The translations under genes and the position numbers were made by a program. A stretch of DNA of 64,000 nt, from contig CAWBVY010000006.1 in assembly GCA_963792415.1 (NCBI GenBank), forward strand, positions 256,001 to 320,000, given 5' to 3'. Positions 10,708-20,200 of this stretch are shown here, piece after piece. The notes beneath the pieces were generated by a model. The model had not been told where the DNA came from, did not search any database, and worked only from the letters and a program-made list of their open reading frames with translations. Position 1 is the stretch's first letter. Every line of letters starts with the position of its first letter. The stretch is from Candidatus Deferrimicrobiaceae bacterium. Lineage in GTDB: Bacteria > Desulfobacterota > Deferrimicrobia > Deferrimicrobiales > Deferrimicrobiaceae.

Positions 10708-11307
10708 ATGAAAATTCCTTTCCTTGCAAAGCCAATACATTACAGATGGTTGGCCGTTTTGACGGTTTTCTCGCTCCTCATCCTGCCCGCGTGCCTCGGC
10801 GGAGCGGACGGGGACGGAAATGTAACCAGCGAGGACGGTTCCGTAATCCCTCCCCCAATCGGGAACGATCCCGACCCGGGTGTCGCCGACATCCTGGACG
10901 CGTTTCTCGCCGCCGTCAACGAGGCCCGGTCCGTCGGCCAGGCATGCGGGGGCACTCCCCACGGCCCGGCTCCGCCGGTCTCATGGTCGGAAAACCTCGC
11001 GATGGCCGCCTACCTTCACTCCGAGGACATGGTGCTGAACAACTTCTTCGGCCACACGGGGTCCGACGGAAGCTCGGTGGGCCAGCGGATTTCGCGGCAA
11101 GGGTATCCGTGGAGAACGTACGGGGAGAATATCGCCGTCGGGTATCCGACGGTCTCGTCCGTCCTCCAGGGATGGCTCGGAAGCGAGGGGCACTGCGAGA
11201 ACTTGATGAACCCGGCGTTCACGGAGATCGGCGCGGGGTATGCCATCGGCCCGTTCGGAGGGAACCCGGCCGGCCGCTACTGGACCTTCGACCTGGCCGA
11301 CAGGTAA
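10708..11307 (+). CDS. CAP/SCP domain lipoprotein
   Basis: Lipobox LPAC; HSEDM, FGH, GENIA, WLGSEGHCENLM. Confidence 0.88.
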   Translation: MKIPFLAKPIHYRWLAVLTVFSLLILPACLGGADGDGNVTSEDGSVIPPPIGNDPDPGVADILDAFLAAVNEARSVGQACGGTPHGPAPPVSWSENLAMAAYLHSEDMVLNNFFGHTGSDGSSVGQRISRQGYPWRTYGENIAVGYPTVSSVLQGWLGSEGHCENLMNPAFTEIGAGYAIGPFGGNPAGRYWTFDLADR

Positions 11308-11349
11308 GATTCCCTTGGGGGCATCAGGGCGTTCCCGTCCACGCCTTCC

Positions 11350-12009
11350 TCACAACGAAAAGGTGACCCCCGCCATCAGCAGGATCTGACCGAGCACGTC
11401 CCCCTGGACATTCACGACACAGGCGGCGCCGCCGGACGACACGCAGAAGATCTCCGTCGTGTCCGGCAGGATCGTCAGGAACCCCCTCCCCTCGAAGCGA
11501 AGGCCGACGTGATCGGTGATCGGTACCTTGACCCCCCCGCCCAGGGAGAGGGAGAAGTACGTTTTCGAGTTCAGCCCGCTCCCGTGCGGCACGAAATGCG
11601 TCGCGCCGAGCCCCCCGGAAAGGAAGGGACGGACCTTATCCCCGCGAAACATGTAGGTCCCCCCAAGATGGAGGTAATGGATGTCCAGGTCGAAGAGGGT
11701 TTCCCCGCCGAACGTCCCCCCGCCGGTGACCTTCGTCTGCTGGAACCCGTAGAAAAGTTCGTACCGGGTTTCCGGGGTGTCCGGCAAGCCGAGGACGAGC
11801 CCGAGGCTCCCCCCCTCCCCGACGTCCAAGGTGGCGCCGGTACTGTTGTCCGTAAAATTGCCGCCGATGGTGTAGCCGGCATACGGCGTGATCTCCAGCC
11901 CCCACTCCGCTCCCGACTCCCCGGGGAACAGGACCGATGACAGGAGGAGCGCCGCCGCAAACAGAAAAGCGCGGAACGGGAGGATGGCGGGTGCGGGAAC
12001 CGGCTTCAT
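11350..12009 (-). CDS. Outer-membrane beta-barrel protein (8-strand type)
   Basis: Signal peptide, EITPYAGY, alternating beta pattern, C-terminal AGVTFSL. Confidence 0.75.
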   Translation of the reverse strand: MKPVPAPAILPFRAFLFAAALLLSSVLFPGESGAEWGLEITPYAGYTIGGNFTDNSTGATLDVGEGGSLGLVLGLPDTPETRYELFYGFQQTKVTGGGTFGGETLFDLDIHYLHLGGTYMFRGDKVRPFLSGGLGATHFVPHGSGLNSKTYFSLSLGGGVKVPITDHVGLRFEGRGFLTILPDTTEIFCVSSGGAACVVNVQGDVLGQILLMAGVTFSL

Positions 12010-12234
12010 GGTCTCCTCCGGGCATCTCCCTCCTCGCGCGGATGGCCGCATGGAGAGCATGGTCAGGAAAACGCGGGAGTGCCGTCCCATTTAACTGCAG
12101 GGGGGGATTCCCGTCAACGCCGACCGGGGGGAATGCCGCGAGCGGATGGCAGGCATCATTTGGAATCTTCACGAAAATGCTCCTATCATGAGTGCTGGTA
12201 ATCGTCGCGCGGTTTCCGGGAGGAGGATCGACCG

Positions 12235-13650
12235 ATGGCCCTGCCGACCCCGAAGAATGCGTGCCGGGAAATCCCCGGGCTTCCCGGGTTGCTGTGGGAC
12301 CTCCTGCGCGTCGGGCGGGGTCGTCCGGAGGATACGGTCTCCCGGACGCAGGACCGCCTTCGCCGTTTGATCGAATACGCAAGGAGCCGGTCCCCCTACT
12401 ACGGGGAACGATACGCCGGGCTTCCCCCGGGCGCGTGTGACCTGCCGGCACTCCCACCGGTGACCAAGTCCGACCTGATGGCGAATTTCGACGGGTGGGC
12501 GACCGACCCGGCGGTCACGCGGGAAGCGGCCGAGGCGTTCGTCGGCGACCCAAGCCGGATCGGGCATCTTTTCCTGGACCGGTACGTCGCCTTCTCCACT
12601 TCCGGCACGACCGGGACCCCCGCCATACTCCTGCACGACCGCGGGGCGATGTCCGTCTACCAGGGCCTGCTGCTGGCGCGTCGTCTCCCGACGCTGGTCG
12701 CCGCCGGGGCCCTCGGCCCCTTCTTGAGGAACCGGGGACGGACGGCAACGATCATCGCAACCGGGGGGCACTTCGCCAGTTCGGTCGTGGAAGCCCTCGT
12801 CCGATCCCGCCACCCGACGCTGGCCGGCCGCAACCGGACGTTCTCCCTGATGACTCCCCTCCCGGCGCTCGTACGCGCGTTGAACGAATTCCGTCCGGCG
12901 GTCGTTGGAAGCTACCCCAGCGCGCTGGCCGTCCTCGCCGGGGAGCAGGCAGCCGGGCGGCTGCGGATCGCCCCCGCCCTCCTGCTCTCGGGGGCCGAAC
13001 GCCTCTCCACGCCTCTGGGGGAGAGAATTTCCGAATCGTTCCGATGTCCCGTTCGGGACACGTACGCCGCCTCGGAATTCATGGGGATCGCCTTCGACTG
13101 CCGGTACGGACGCCTGCATGTGAACGCCGACTGGGTGATCCTGGAACCGGTGGATGCCGCCGGCGAGCCGGTTGCGCCGGGCGATGCCTCCCACACGACG
13201 CTGCTGACGAACCTGGCCAACCGCATCCAGCCGCTCCTCCGTTACGACCTCGGCGACAGCGTCACCGTCTTCCCCGCGCCATGTCCCTGCGGCAGCCCGC
13301 TCCCCGCCATCCGGCCCGAAGGCCGGCGCGACGAGACTTTGTGGGTCGAGCTCGCGGAAGGCGTGACCCGGCCGCTGATCCCGCTTGTGCTCGCCACGGC
13401 CGTGGAGGAGGCAGCGGGCGTACTGAGGTACCAGGTACTCCAGTCGGGTCCGCGGCGCCTGCGGCTCCGCCTCGAGGAGGCCCCGGGGCACGATCGAGCG
13501 CGGGTCTGCGACGACGTCCTCCGTCGCCTCCGGGCGTACCTGTCTTCCCAGGGCCTCGCGTCGGTGGAGGTGGATCTGTCGGGGGAGCGGCCGCTCAGTG
13601 ACGCGAAGGGTGGAAAGATGCGCCAGTTCTTCGTCGAACCGGGCGGCTGA
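12235..13650 (+). CDS. Phenylacetate-CoA ligase / CapK family adenylate-forming protein
   Basis: STSGTTGTP, YAASE, LLRYDLGD, GRRD. Confidence 0.88.
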   Translation: MALPTPKNACREIPGLPGLLWDLLRVGRGRPEDTVSRTQDRLRRLIEYARSRSPYYGERYAGLPPGACDLPALPPVTKSDLMANFDGWATDPAVTREAAEAFVGDPSRIGHLFLDRYVAFSTSGTTGTPAILLHDRGAMSVYQGLLLARRLPTLVAAGALGPFLRNRGRTATIIATGGHFASSVVEALVRSRHPTLAGRNRTFSLMTPLPALVRALNEFRPAVVGSYPSALAVLAGEQAAGRLRIAPALLLSGAERLSTPLGERISESFRCPVRDTYAASEFMGIAFDCRYGRLHVNADWVILEPVDAAGEPVAPGDASHTTLLTNLANRIQPLLRYDLGDSVTVFPAPCPCGSPLPAIRPEGRRDETLWVELAEGVTRPLIPLVLATAVEEAAGVLRYQVLQSGPRRLRLRLEEAPGHDRARVCDDVLRRLRAYLSSQGLASVEVDLSGERPLSDAKGGKMRQFFVEPGG

Positions 13651-13760
13651 CGGTCGCTGCCGATCCGCCCCGCGTTTTCGCCCAACCGTATGAGGGGAGA
13701 CAACCTGCAGGGGCTGACCTCCGGCGTGGGAGTCCGGCCGTCGTTAGACTGCGGACGAAC

Positions 13761-14606
13761 CTACCAGAGGTTCGAGACGGCGGAAACCGACGTGCGGTCC
13801 AGGAGAACGATGGCCTCCCTGGAGCAGGCGGCCCGGCAGATGCCGCAGCCGTAGCAGTGCCGTGCATCCACGACGGACTTCTTCTCCGCGCCGCTGTAAG
13901 AGATCGCCCCGAATTGGCACACTTTCATGCATTGCCGGCAGCCGTTGCAATTCTCCGGCGCGACCTTCGCCACGTACTCGGCCCGGAACATCACGGGGAA
14001 CTCGTGCGTCACGGTGGCCTTCATCGCTATGCAGTCCGAGCGATCACAGTTGCAGATGCCGCCGATGAAGGGGGTGTGGAAGGTCCATATCGTGTGGCAC
14101 AGCCCCTCGCGCTCATGTTCGCGCAGCGCCTCGAGAGCCTCTTCCTTCGACAAGGTCTCGAACCCGGACGTGTCGGGCCCCTTGAGGTAACTCCGTTCGA
14201 CGTTCCCGAGAACCCTGGAGAACTCCCCTCCCCCCGGGGAGATGCTCAGGCCGTAGCAGTACCGTCTTTCCTTGCCCAACGTAACCTTCCGGCAAATGCA
14301 GGGAAGGCGGACGACGGTGTTCACGAAACCGAGGATGCGCTCCAGATCCTCGATGGGCACCACCTGGCCGTAGTGAATCCGTTTCTGGCGATTCGAAAGG
14401 GCCCAGGTGATGGCCTCCCGTATCAGGGCGGGCGCCCGATCCAACTTCTCGAGCTTCTCCAGGTCCGCCCGCAGCCGCTCGGGCTCGAAAAGGAACCTCT
14501 CGATGTACTTTCTCCGCCGGACATCGCTCAACAGATCCTCGGAGTAATTCCCGGCCCGGAGATACCACTTTTTCCCTTCGCCGTGCTTGTGGCAGAATTC
14601 ACACAT
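13761..14606 (-). CDS. 4Fe-4S dicluster protein with a Cys-rich N-terminal region
   Basis: MCEFCHKH, PCICR, ICNC, and C-terminal CNGCRQC...C and CYGCGIC...C ferredoxin motifs. Confidence 0.85.
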   Translation of the reverse strand: MCEFCHKHGEGKKWYLRAGNYSEDLLSDVRRRKYIERFLFEPERLRADLEKLEKLDRAPALIREAITWALSNRQKRIHYGQVVPIEDLERILGFVNTVVRLPCICRKVTLGKERRYCYGLSISPGGGEFSRVLGNVERSYLKGPDTSGFETLSKEEALEALREHEREGLCHTIWTFHTPFIGGICNCDRSDCIAMKATVTHEFPVMFRAEYVAKVAPENCNGCRQCMKVCQFGAISYSGAEKKSVVDARHCYGCGICRAACSREAIVLLDRTSVSAVSNLW

Positions 14607-14694
14607 CGGCTTCTCCCCCCGGAGAATATCGCACAGACGATCCCGTTTCGATACCGTGGGAACATCACGGCCCACAAACCCAACCGCAATTTCC

Positions 14695-15618
14695 TCAGAA
14701 CTTCCGCGTGACGAACAGCCCCGCCAGAGGCGCCGGGTCGAAGGAAGCCGAGCCGAGCCGGTCCCCTTGCCCGTTTTCGATGTCGAGCTTTCCCCCCAGG
14801 AGGACCCCCGCGTACAAGTCCGCCCTCCAACCGTTTCGCCACGTCCGTGAGAGGCGGGCGAAGAGGGGGATTCCCCTCATCTCGCCGATACCGCCGGGGA
14901 CGGCGCCGTCCTCGTCCAGCCGGAACCGGTACGAACGGTAGGCACCCCCGGCGGCCGCCTCCCAGTCCCCGTCGAGGGAGTACGCCAGCTCCAGCCCCGC
15001 GGGTCCCGCCGGTCCGACGCGGAGAGGGTTGGACAACCTCCACCGGTCATTGATCCGCCAGCGGACGGAAAGGAACGGGAAGACGCGCCACCGTTCGATC
15101 TGCCGGAACGCCCCCGCCCCAAAACCGAGGGACAGATCGGGGCCGAGGGTCTTTGTGGCCGAGAGGACCGCGCCGTACACCAGCGCATCGCCCGGGTCCG
15201 CCCCCTCCTCCCCCGCATAGCCGACGGAAGGGGCGACGAGAATCCGCCAGTCGGGGAAGACGGTGTGGAAGATCGATGGGGTGAACCCGATCCGGTGGAT
15301 CGTACCCCAGGGGGCGGGAACCCCCAGGCCGGACGCCCCGGAGAAGGTGTACTCCTCGCGATCGTAAGCAAGGCCCAGCCCGAGCACGGTCGTCGAACCG
15401 GTCGCCCTCGTTACGTCGGCGGTGAAAAAAGCGCGGGAGATCCTGAACTCGCCTCCCCCCGGGATCCCCGTCCCGAACTGCTGGAGGTATCCGGCGGCAA
15501 CGGACGCGGACCCCGTCGGCGCACCTCCCGGAGGGCCGCCCCGTGTCCCGGCGGAGGCGATCGATCCGGTCAGGAGCCACAGCGCCCCGACGATCCTCAG
15601 GATCCTATCCATTGGCAC
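14695..15618 (-). CDS. Outer-membrane beta-barrel protein (DUF6268-like)
   Basis: Signal peptide, amphipathic beta strands, C-terminal Phe (VTRKF). Confidence 0.7.
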   Translation of the reverse strand: MPMDRILRIVGALWLLTGSIASAGTRGGPPGGAPTGSASVAAGYLQQFGTGIPGGGEFRISRAFFTADVTRATGSTTVLGLGLAYDREEYTFSGASGLGVPAPWGTIHRIGFTPSIFHTVFPDWRILVAPSVGYAGEEGADPGDALVYGAVLSATKTLGPDLSLGFGAGAFRQIERWRVFPFLSVRWRINDRWRLSNPLRVGPAGPAGLELAYSLDGDWEAAAGGAYRSYRFRLDEDGAVPGGIGEMRGIPLFARLSRTWRNGWRADLYAGVLLGGKLDIENGQGDRLGSASFDPAPLAGLFVTRKF

Positions 15619-17101
15619 CCACCGCCGCCACGGCCCGCATCTTCGCCAGCAGACGAACGAGCCCCAAGGTGTCCTGTTTGCAGTATTCCAGCAACGCCCT
15701 GCGCAACCTGGACAGCTCCGCAGGGTCCGCGATGGATTCCATGGTGAGGTACGCCTCCGACGCCATCGCCCCGTCGGTGATCTCCAGGTCCTTGTACGTC
15801 ATCTCCGGCACGAGGACCGGCAAGACCGATTTCAGGGAATACGACCCGTTCATCTGCCAGTCGTAGATGTCCCGCCGCTTGAACGGCTCCATCAGGTCGA
15901 TCATCCCCGTGGTGACCGCGTTCAGGCGTTTGCGGAGCTTCGGGACCGATTCCCCCAGTTCCCTCAGCACCCGTTTCTCGAAGGCCATGTTATAGGCGAT
16001 CACGCACACCCCTTCGGGGATCTCATCGATCAGCTTCTCCGCGATCTCCTTCCGGGGGTCCACGCCGGGCCGCGCCAGGTATTCGAAGTGCCTTGCCTCC
16101 TCCCCTTCCGCGTCGATGCGGTGCAGGGAGTACTGGAACGGGACCTGCTGGTACGGCCGGGTTCCGTCGAACAGCGGGATGCCCGAGGCGAAGGTCTCGA
16201 AGTCGAGGAAGCAGACCGGGTACCGGACCTTCTTGAGGAACTCCCGGATCTTCGCGGGATCCGCGTGCGACTTCCTTTCCAGGAAATATTCGGCCTGCAT
16301 TCTCTGCATCAGGTTCAGCGAATCGAGCGGGACATCCTGCAGCTTGACGACCCCCTGGCGGTACAGCTCCCACTGGTCGATCCCGCGCCCCCGCAGGGAG
16401 AAGACGGAATGCTCGGGAACGTGCTGCCAGCAGTGCTCCATGAAGTCGCAGGGGTACGGGTCCCCGCAGTGGGGACCGATGTCGATCTTCGGCACCTTCC
16501 CTTTAAGCATCGCCCGCATTTCGGCGAGTTCCTCCGGGATGGACGCCTGCTTCTCCTTCACGATCCTGGAGATGTCCTGGAGGACGAACAGCTCCTCCGG
16601 GACGATGTCCCCGTCCCTTACGTAACCGTTGTTGATGTGCACCAGATACGACTTGTTGATGGGGAGCCCGCACCCGGAGAGGACGTAATACTGCACCGCG
16701 ACGTCGTCCCAGTGATGCTCCTTCACGGAGGTGGAGCTTTTCACTTCGTACAGGTCCCAGCAGCCGCGGTTCCGGACGATGATGTCCGCCTTCACGAAGA
16801 CGTCGTCGAAGGAGAAGGTCGCCTCGTAGATGGCCTTCGTACCGCGGTCGATCTCCTCGCGGGTCTTCGCCAGCTGCCCTTCCTTGGTCAGCCCGTCGAA
16901 GGGGACGACCACTCCCCCGGGGAACAGCATGTGAGCCAGATCGCCGACCTCGTGCCCGCTTTTCCAGAGCGCCTGGAGCTCCGGTGACGGTTCGCCCCGG
17001 AGTTCCGGCCGGTATTTGTGGAGATACAGGGATTTGTGGCACTGGAGCCCACGAGTGTAGAGCGACTTGCTCAGGTAGGCGGTCTTTTCAAACCTGGACA
17101 T
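15605..17101 (-). CDS. DUF2779-type protein: PD-(D/E)xK nuclease plus RNase H-like/DEDD exonuclease domain
   Basis: LSKS...QCHK, ADII...YEVKS, QYYVL, C-x5-C-x5-C cluster, FLDFET, YCKQDT. Confidence 0.8.
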   Translation of the reverse strand: MSRFEKTAYLSKSLYTRGLQCHKSLYLHKYRPELRGEPSPELQALWKSGHEVGDLAHMLFPGGVVVPFDGLTKEGQLAKTREEIDRGTKAIYEATFSFDDVFVKADIIVRNRGCWDLYEVKSSTSVKEHHWDDVAVQYYVLSGCGLPINKSYLVHINNGYVRDGDIVPEELFVLQDISRIVKEKQASIPEELAEMRAMLKGKVPKIDIGPHCGDPYPCDFMEHCWQHVPEHSVFSLRGRGIDQWELYRQGVVKLQDVPLDSLNLMQRMQAEYFLERKSHADPAKIREFLKKVRYPVCFLDFETFASGIPLFDGTRPYQQVPFQYSLHRIDAEGEEARHFEYLARPGVDPRKEIAEKLIDEIPEGVCVIAYNMAFEKRVLRELGESVPKLRKRLNAVTTGMIDLMEPFKRRDIYDWQMNGSYSLKSVLPVLVPEMTYKDLEITDGAMASEAYLTMESIADPAELSRLRRALLEYCKQDTLGLVRLLAKMRAVAAVGANG

Positions 17102-17278
17102 CTATCCTCCATCGGCCAGGATGGGTGTGCGGATCTGCGCGGTCCTATTGTATTTCCGAACCGGGAGGGAGTGGGCCGAATTCACGAGCACCCATCCTCT
17201 CCGGCCCGAAACTTTGCCCCTCCGGCGGGCTTCGAACGGGTGGATAATCCGTATCGTGAGGGAGGAGGTCCGCCGATC

Positions 17279-17914
17279 ATGCCCGGGGAAAGAAAACCTG
17301 CGCTGCCGGTGACGGTGTTCACCGACTACATCTGACCGTTCTGCTACGTGGGCGAGAGGCGTCTCGCCCGTCTCAGCGAGGAATTCGACGTGCGCGTGGA
17401 GCGCCGGTTCCTGGAGATCCACCCGGAGACCCCGCCGGAAGGGATGCCCGTTTCCGGATTGGGCTATCCCCCCGATCGGTGGGCCCGAATGATGGAGAAC
17501 CTCGAGCGGATGGGGGTGGCGGAGGGGATCGTTTTCTCCGAACGGACCTTCACGACGAACTCCCACAAGGCCCTCCTCCTCGCGGAGGCGGCAAAGGAAG
17601 AGGGCTCGGTGGTGTTCGAGGCGCTCAACGAGGGGCTGTTCCGCGCCTACTTCACCGAGGGGAAAAACATCGGGGACCCGCTGGTGCTCCGGGACGTGGC
17701 CAAGGCGGCGGGCGTCCCCGCCGCACGATTGGAGCAGGCGTGGTCCGACGCGGCCTTCGAGGAACGGCTGGACCGCGACCGGGAGGCCGCCGCCCGGATC
17801 GGCATTACGGGGATCCCCGTCTTCATCGTCGACGGCCGCTGGATCCTCGAGGGCGCCGTACCCGTGGAGATGCTGCGCGAGGCGGCGAAAAAGATCTCCG
17901 CCGGGAAATCATGA
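17279..17914 (+). CDS. DsbA/FrnE-like thioredoxin-fold oxidoreductase, selenoprotein (UPFC)
   Basis: RBS GGAGGAGG and ATG at 17279; in-frame TGA at 17333-17335 gives TDYI-U-PFCY at the CxxC position; GIPVF cis-Pro loop; downstream hairpin. Confidence 0.88.
17348..17371 (+). promoter_or_regulatory. Putative bacterial SECIS element
   Basis: GGGCGAGA-GGCG-TCTCGCCC perfect 8-bp stem; G-led loop begins 22 nt after the UGA. Confidence 0.75.
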
Positions 17915-17956
17915 CCGGCATATGCCAGTACCGCGAATCGCGGGAAGGAGCGAACG

Positions 17957-18949
17957 ATGGCGAGGATCGTCCGATTTCACGAGACCGGCGGGCCCGAGGT
18001 GCTACGGATCGAAGAGGTGGCGCCTTCGCCGCCCGGGGAAGGCGAGGTCCGGATCGCCGTCAAGGCCATCGGGCTGAACCGCGCGGAATCCATGTTTCGG
18101 CAAGGGATGTATATCGAACCCCCGAACCTCCCTTCCCGCCTCGGGTACGAGGCGGCAGGTACCATCGAGGCCGTCGGGGCGGGGGTCACCCGCTTCAAGG
18201 TCGGGGACCGCGTCAGCACGCTTCCCGCCTTTTCCATGGGGAAGTACGGCGTCTACGGGGATTCCGTCGTCGTCCCGTCCGACGCCGTTTCGTCGCTCCC
18301 GGGAAATCTCTCGTTCGAGGAAGGGGCCTCCATCTGGATGGCGTACCTGACCGCCTACGGCGCCCTCGTCGAGCACGGCGGCCTGCGTAAGGGACAACAC
18401 GTGCTGATCACCGCGGCCAGCAGCAGCGTCGGCTACTCCACCATCCAGATCGTCCGAGCCGCCGCGGGCGTCTCCATCGCCGCCACGCGGAAACCGGAAA
18501 AAGCGGAGATGCTGCGGCGGGGCGGGGCCGATCACGTGATCGTCACCGAAAAGGAGAACCTCGCGGCGCGAGTGATGGAGATCACGGAAGGGCGCGGGGC
18601 CGACCTGATCTTCGACGCGGTCGCCGGGCCTTCCATCGAGGCCCTGGCCGCCGCCGCCGCGCGGGAGGCCACCATCTTCTTGTACGGCCTCCTGAGCACG
18701 GAGCCCACCCCGTTCCCGCTGATCGCGGCGCTGCAGAAAGGCTTGAACCTGCGAGGATACACCGTGTTCGAGATCCTGTCGGTGCCGGAACGCATGGAGC
18801 GGGCAAGGAAATACATTTACGACGGGCTGAAGTCGGGGGCGCTCTGGCCGGTCATCGACCGGATCTTCCGCCCGCTCGAAAGCATCGTCGAGGCCCACCG
18901 CTACCTGGAATCCAACCAGCAGAACGGGAAAATCGTCGTCACGGTGTGA
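17957..18949 (+). CDS. MDR-family quinone oxidoreductase-like protein (zinc-binding ADH superfamily)
   Basis: GGPEVL, LGYEAAG, TAASSSVG, GKIVV. Confidence 0.9.
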   Translation: MARIVRFHETGGPEVLRIEEVAPSPPGEGEVRIAVKAIGLNRAESMFRQGMYIEPPNLPSRLGYEAAGTIEAVGAGVTRFKVGDRVSTLPAFSMGKYGVYGDSVVVPSDAVSSLPGNLSFEEGASIWMAYLTAYGALVEHGGLRKGQHVLITAASSSVGYSTIQIVRAAAGVSIAATRKPEKAEMLRRGGADHVIVTEKENLAARVMEITEGRGADLIFDAVAGPSIEALAAAAAREATIFLYGLLSTEPTPFPLIAALQKGLNLRGYTVFEILSVPERMERARKYIYDGLKSGALWPVIDRIFRPLESIVEAHRYLESNQQNGKIVVTV

Positions 18950-19109
18950 GGACGCGAAAATAAACGGTGTCATGGCGGGTCGAACCGATGGGAATCCGAC
19001 GCAACGAGATCATCGTCCGGATCCGTTGCTCCGGGCAAGGCGGCGGATCGGCTGATTCAAGGTGAGCTTCCGGAATTCCGTGATCCCGGTGAACGAACGG
19101 AGGCAACCG

Positions 19110-20009
19110 ATGTTCGACGTTGTCGGGATCGGACTCAACGCGATCGATTACCTCGTGGCCCTGCCGAGGTTTCCCGTATCGGGCGAGAAGCTGCGGATGT
19201 CCGCCTTCGCGCGGGAGGGCGGCGGCCAGGCGGCGACCGCCCTCGTGGCGCTGTCCCGTTGGGGCTGTCGCTGCAAATATGTCGGGAACGTGGGAGACGA
19301 CGAGCACGGGAGGCTTTCGTCCCTGCTCCTTTCGCGGGAGGGGGTCGACCTCGCCCACGTCCGGACGGTTCCCGATGCCTCTTCCCAGTTCGCGGTGATT
19401 CTCGTGGAGGAGGAAACGGGCGAGCGGACCATCCTGTGGGACCGGGATCCGCGGATCCGGATATCGCCGGAAGACCTGCCGCTTGACGACATCCGGCAGG
19501 CGCGGGCGCTCCTTCTCGACGGCCACGACGTTCCCCCGGCGATCGCCGCGGCGAGGGCCGCCCGGGCCGCGGGCGTTCCCGTCGTGCTCGACGCGGAAAA
19601 GGTGCAGGAGGGGACGGAGGAACTGCTGTCCCTGTGCGATCACATCGTGGCCGCGGGACACTTTCCGGGGTTGCTCATCCCCGGGGTCCCGGCGGAGGAC
19701 GGCGCCCGGGAGATCCTGCAACGGTACGCGCCCAGGACGTCCACGGTGACGCTCGGTCCCCGCGGGGCCTTCGGGTGCGACGGCCGGGAGGAGATCTTCT
19801 CTCCCTCCATCCGCATAGAGGCTCTCGACACCACGGGCGCCGGGGACATCTTCCACGCCGGCTTCCTGTACGCCCTCCTCGGAGGGCTTCCCTTCCGGGA
19901 GATCCTCGCTTTCGCCAACGCCGCGGCCGGCCTCTCCTGCCGGGGAATGGGGGGACGGGCCGCGATCCCGACGCTCGAGGCGATCCGGACAGCCGGGATT
20001 GCTCAATAG
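19110..20009 (+). CDS. PfkB family carbohydrate kinase
   Basis: GGGQAA, VGDD, TLGPRG, DTTGAGDIF. Confidence 0.92.
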   Translation: MFDVVGIGLNAIDYLVALPRFPVSGEKLRMSAFAREGGGQAATALVALSRWGCRCKYVGNVGDDEHGRLSSLLLSREGVDLAHVRTVPDASSQFAVILVEEETGERTILWDRDPRIRISPEDLPLDDIRQARALLLDGHDVPPAIAAARAARAAGVPVVLDAEKVQEGTEELLSLCDHIVAAGHFPGLLIPGVPAEDGAREILQRYAPRTSTVTLGPRGAFGCDGREEIFSPSIRIEALDTTGAGDIFHAGFLYALLGGLPFREILAFANAAAGLSCRGMGGRAAIPTLEAIRTAGIAQ

Positions 20010-20200
20010 CCATCCGCCGGAGGTGAAGATTCCGGCGCCAATCCTGCCGGCGACATCGATCGCCAGTGCCGCCGTCAATACAGGTTGTCCTGAAATTGAG
20101 GCGGGTATAATGACCCTGTACGACCGCATTCAACGCTTGACGCCGTTTCGTGAAATTCACCCGCAGGAACGGCGGGGTCCTCGAACCGGGAAAGGGGAAG

